The position numbers were made by a program, and so were the translations under genes. The notes under the pieces were generated by a model that worked only from the letters and a program-made list of their open reading frames with translations, did no database searches and was not told where the DNA came from. From positions 1 through 45,669 of the forward strand of contig SYMT01000400.1 in assembly GCA_005805375.1 (NCBI GenBank): a stretch of DNA of 45,669 nt, in the 5' to 3' direction. Shown piece by piece: positions 45,371 through 45,669 of the stretch (position 1 is its first letter; each line of letters opens with the position of its first letter). The DNA is from Actinomycetota bacterium. Its GTDB lineage: Bacteria > Armatimonadota > SYMT01.

Positions 45371-45669
45371 TCCGGTCCCAATTTGCCGGGTTTCAGGCGC
45401 CGGTACCCTGGATGTAACGGCGTAAAGAGGGTGGACACTTCCCAGGGAAAATCGGTAGACATCGCGCGCCTGATAGTTTGCTATTACCCCGACCCGGTGA
45501 CCGCCCCACATACCCGAGCCACGCACGTGAGTAAGGGAACCGAGCAGAATTAATCCTCCCACCCGTGAGGAGACACGGCGGCATCTGAGAGGACACAACT
45601 GGACGGAATCATGTACGTCATGGTGTTATGGAACTCACTGCCGCCGCCACTGCCCTCCTCCAAGTTACC

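Noticed and set aside
45371-45669. Coding potential at the right edge: + strand ATG 45611 (MYVMVLWNSLPPPLPSSKL...) versus a minus-strand ORF entering from the edge and stopping at TAA 45552..45550 (...SEFHNTMTYMIPSSCVLSDAAVSPHGWED*)
   Set aside because: Both frames are open and have similar third-position GC. The fragments are too short (19 and 39 codons) and carry no motifs, so the strand cannot be decided within this window.

Overview
This is a visibly GC-rich, gene-dense bacterial chromosomal segment with about 35 protein genes and one tRNA. I found no rRNA, no CRISPR array, and no recognisable transposase, integrase, phage or classical defence genes. The content is mostly housekeeping or metabolic. 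In order: two sugar-type ABC permeases; a secreted Gly-repeat protein; tRNA-Arg(CCG); an RHH regulator next to a P1B-type ATPase; sdhCAB (single cytochrome b type). Then a three-gene envelope module (large secreted/membrane protein, double-size ABC-2-type permease, lipoprotein); a prepilin-type H-X9-DG gene; a GT2 glycosyltransferase; a tandem USP; a SpoIID-domain protein; smc; alr; lysC. Then a long co-directional block of Gfo/Idh/MocA oxidoreductases, a TIM-barrel isomerase, DUF1501, three PhyH-type dioxygenases, a methyltransferase, a MarR/GbsR-like regulator with an ArsA/GET3-like ATPase, a fused E1 alpha/beta dehydrogenase, a GHL10-type lipoprotein, and trpD-trpC. The [14 protein letters not shown]-type prepilin gene plus the DUF1501/PhyH richness suggests an Armatimonadota- or PVC-like organism, but that is inference only. 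The most unusual sequence-level signals are as follows. (1) smc is broken at the hinge, exactly inside two arrays of 7-bp tandem repeats. (2) A (GCTGGAAGGG)x9-10 G-run array abuts the start codon of the first ABC permease. (3) An in-frame 18-bp x8 repeat encodes (GQGGGF)n. (4) A DUF4864-like gene carries an in-frame TGA. (5) The prepilin-like gene is frameshifted. (6) The P1B ATPase lacks the CPx motif. I did not find a convincing complete novel system. The best candidates for uncharacterised biology are the ATPase-less ABC-2 module (11.2-15.9 kb) and the DUF1501-PhyH-methyltransferase block. All family assignments come from reading motifs by eye; no searches were run.
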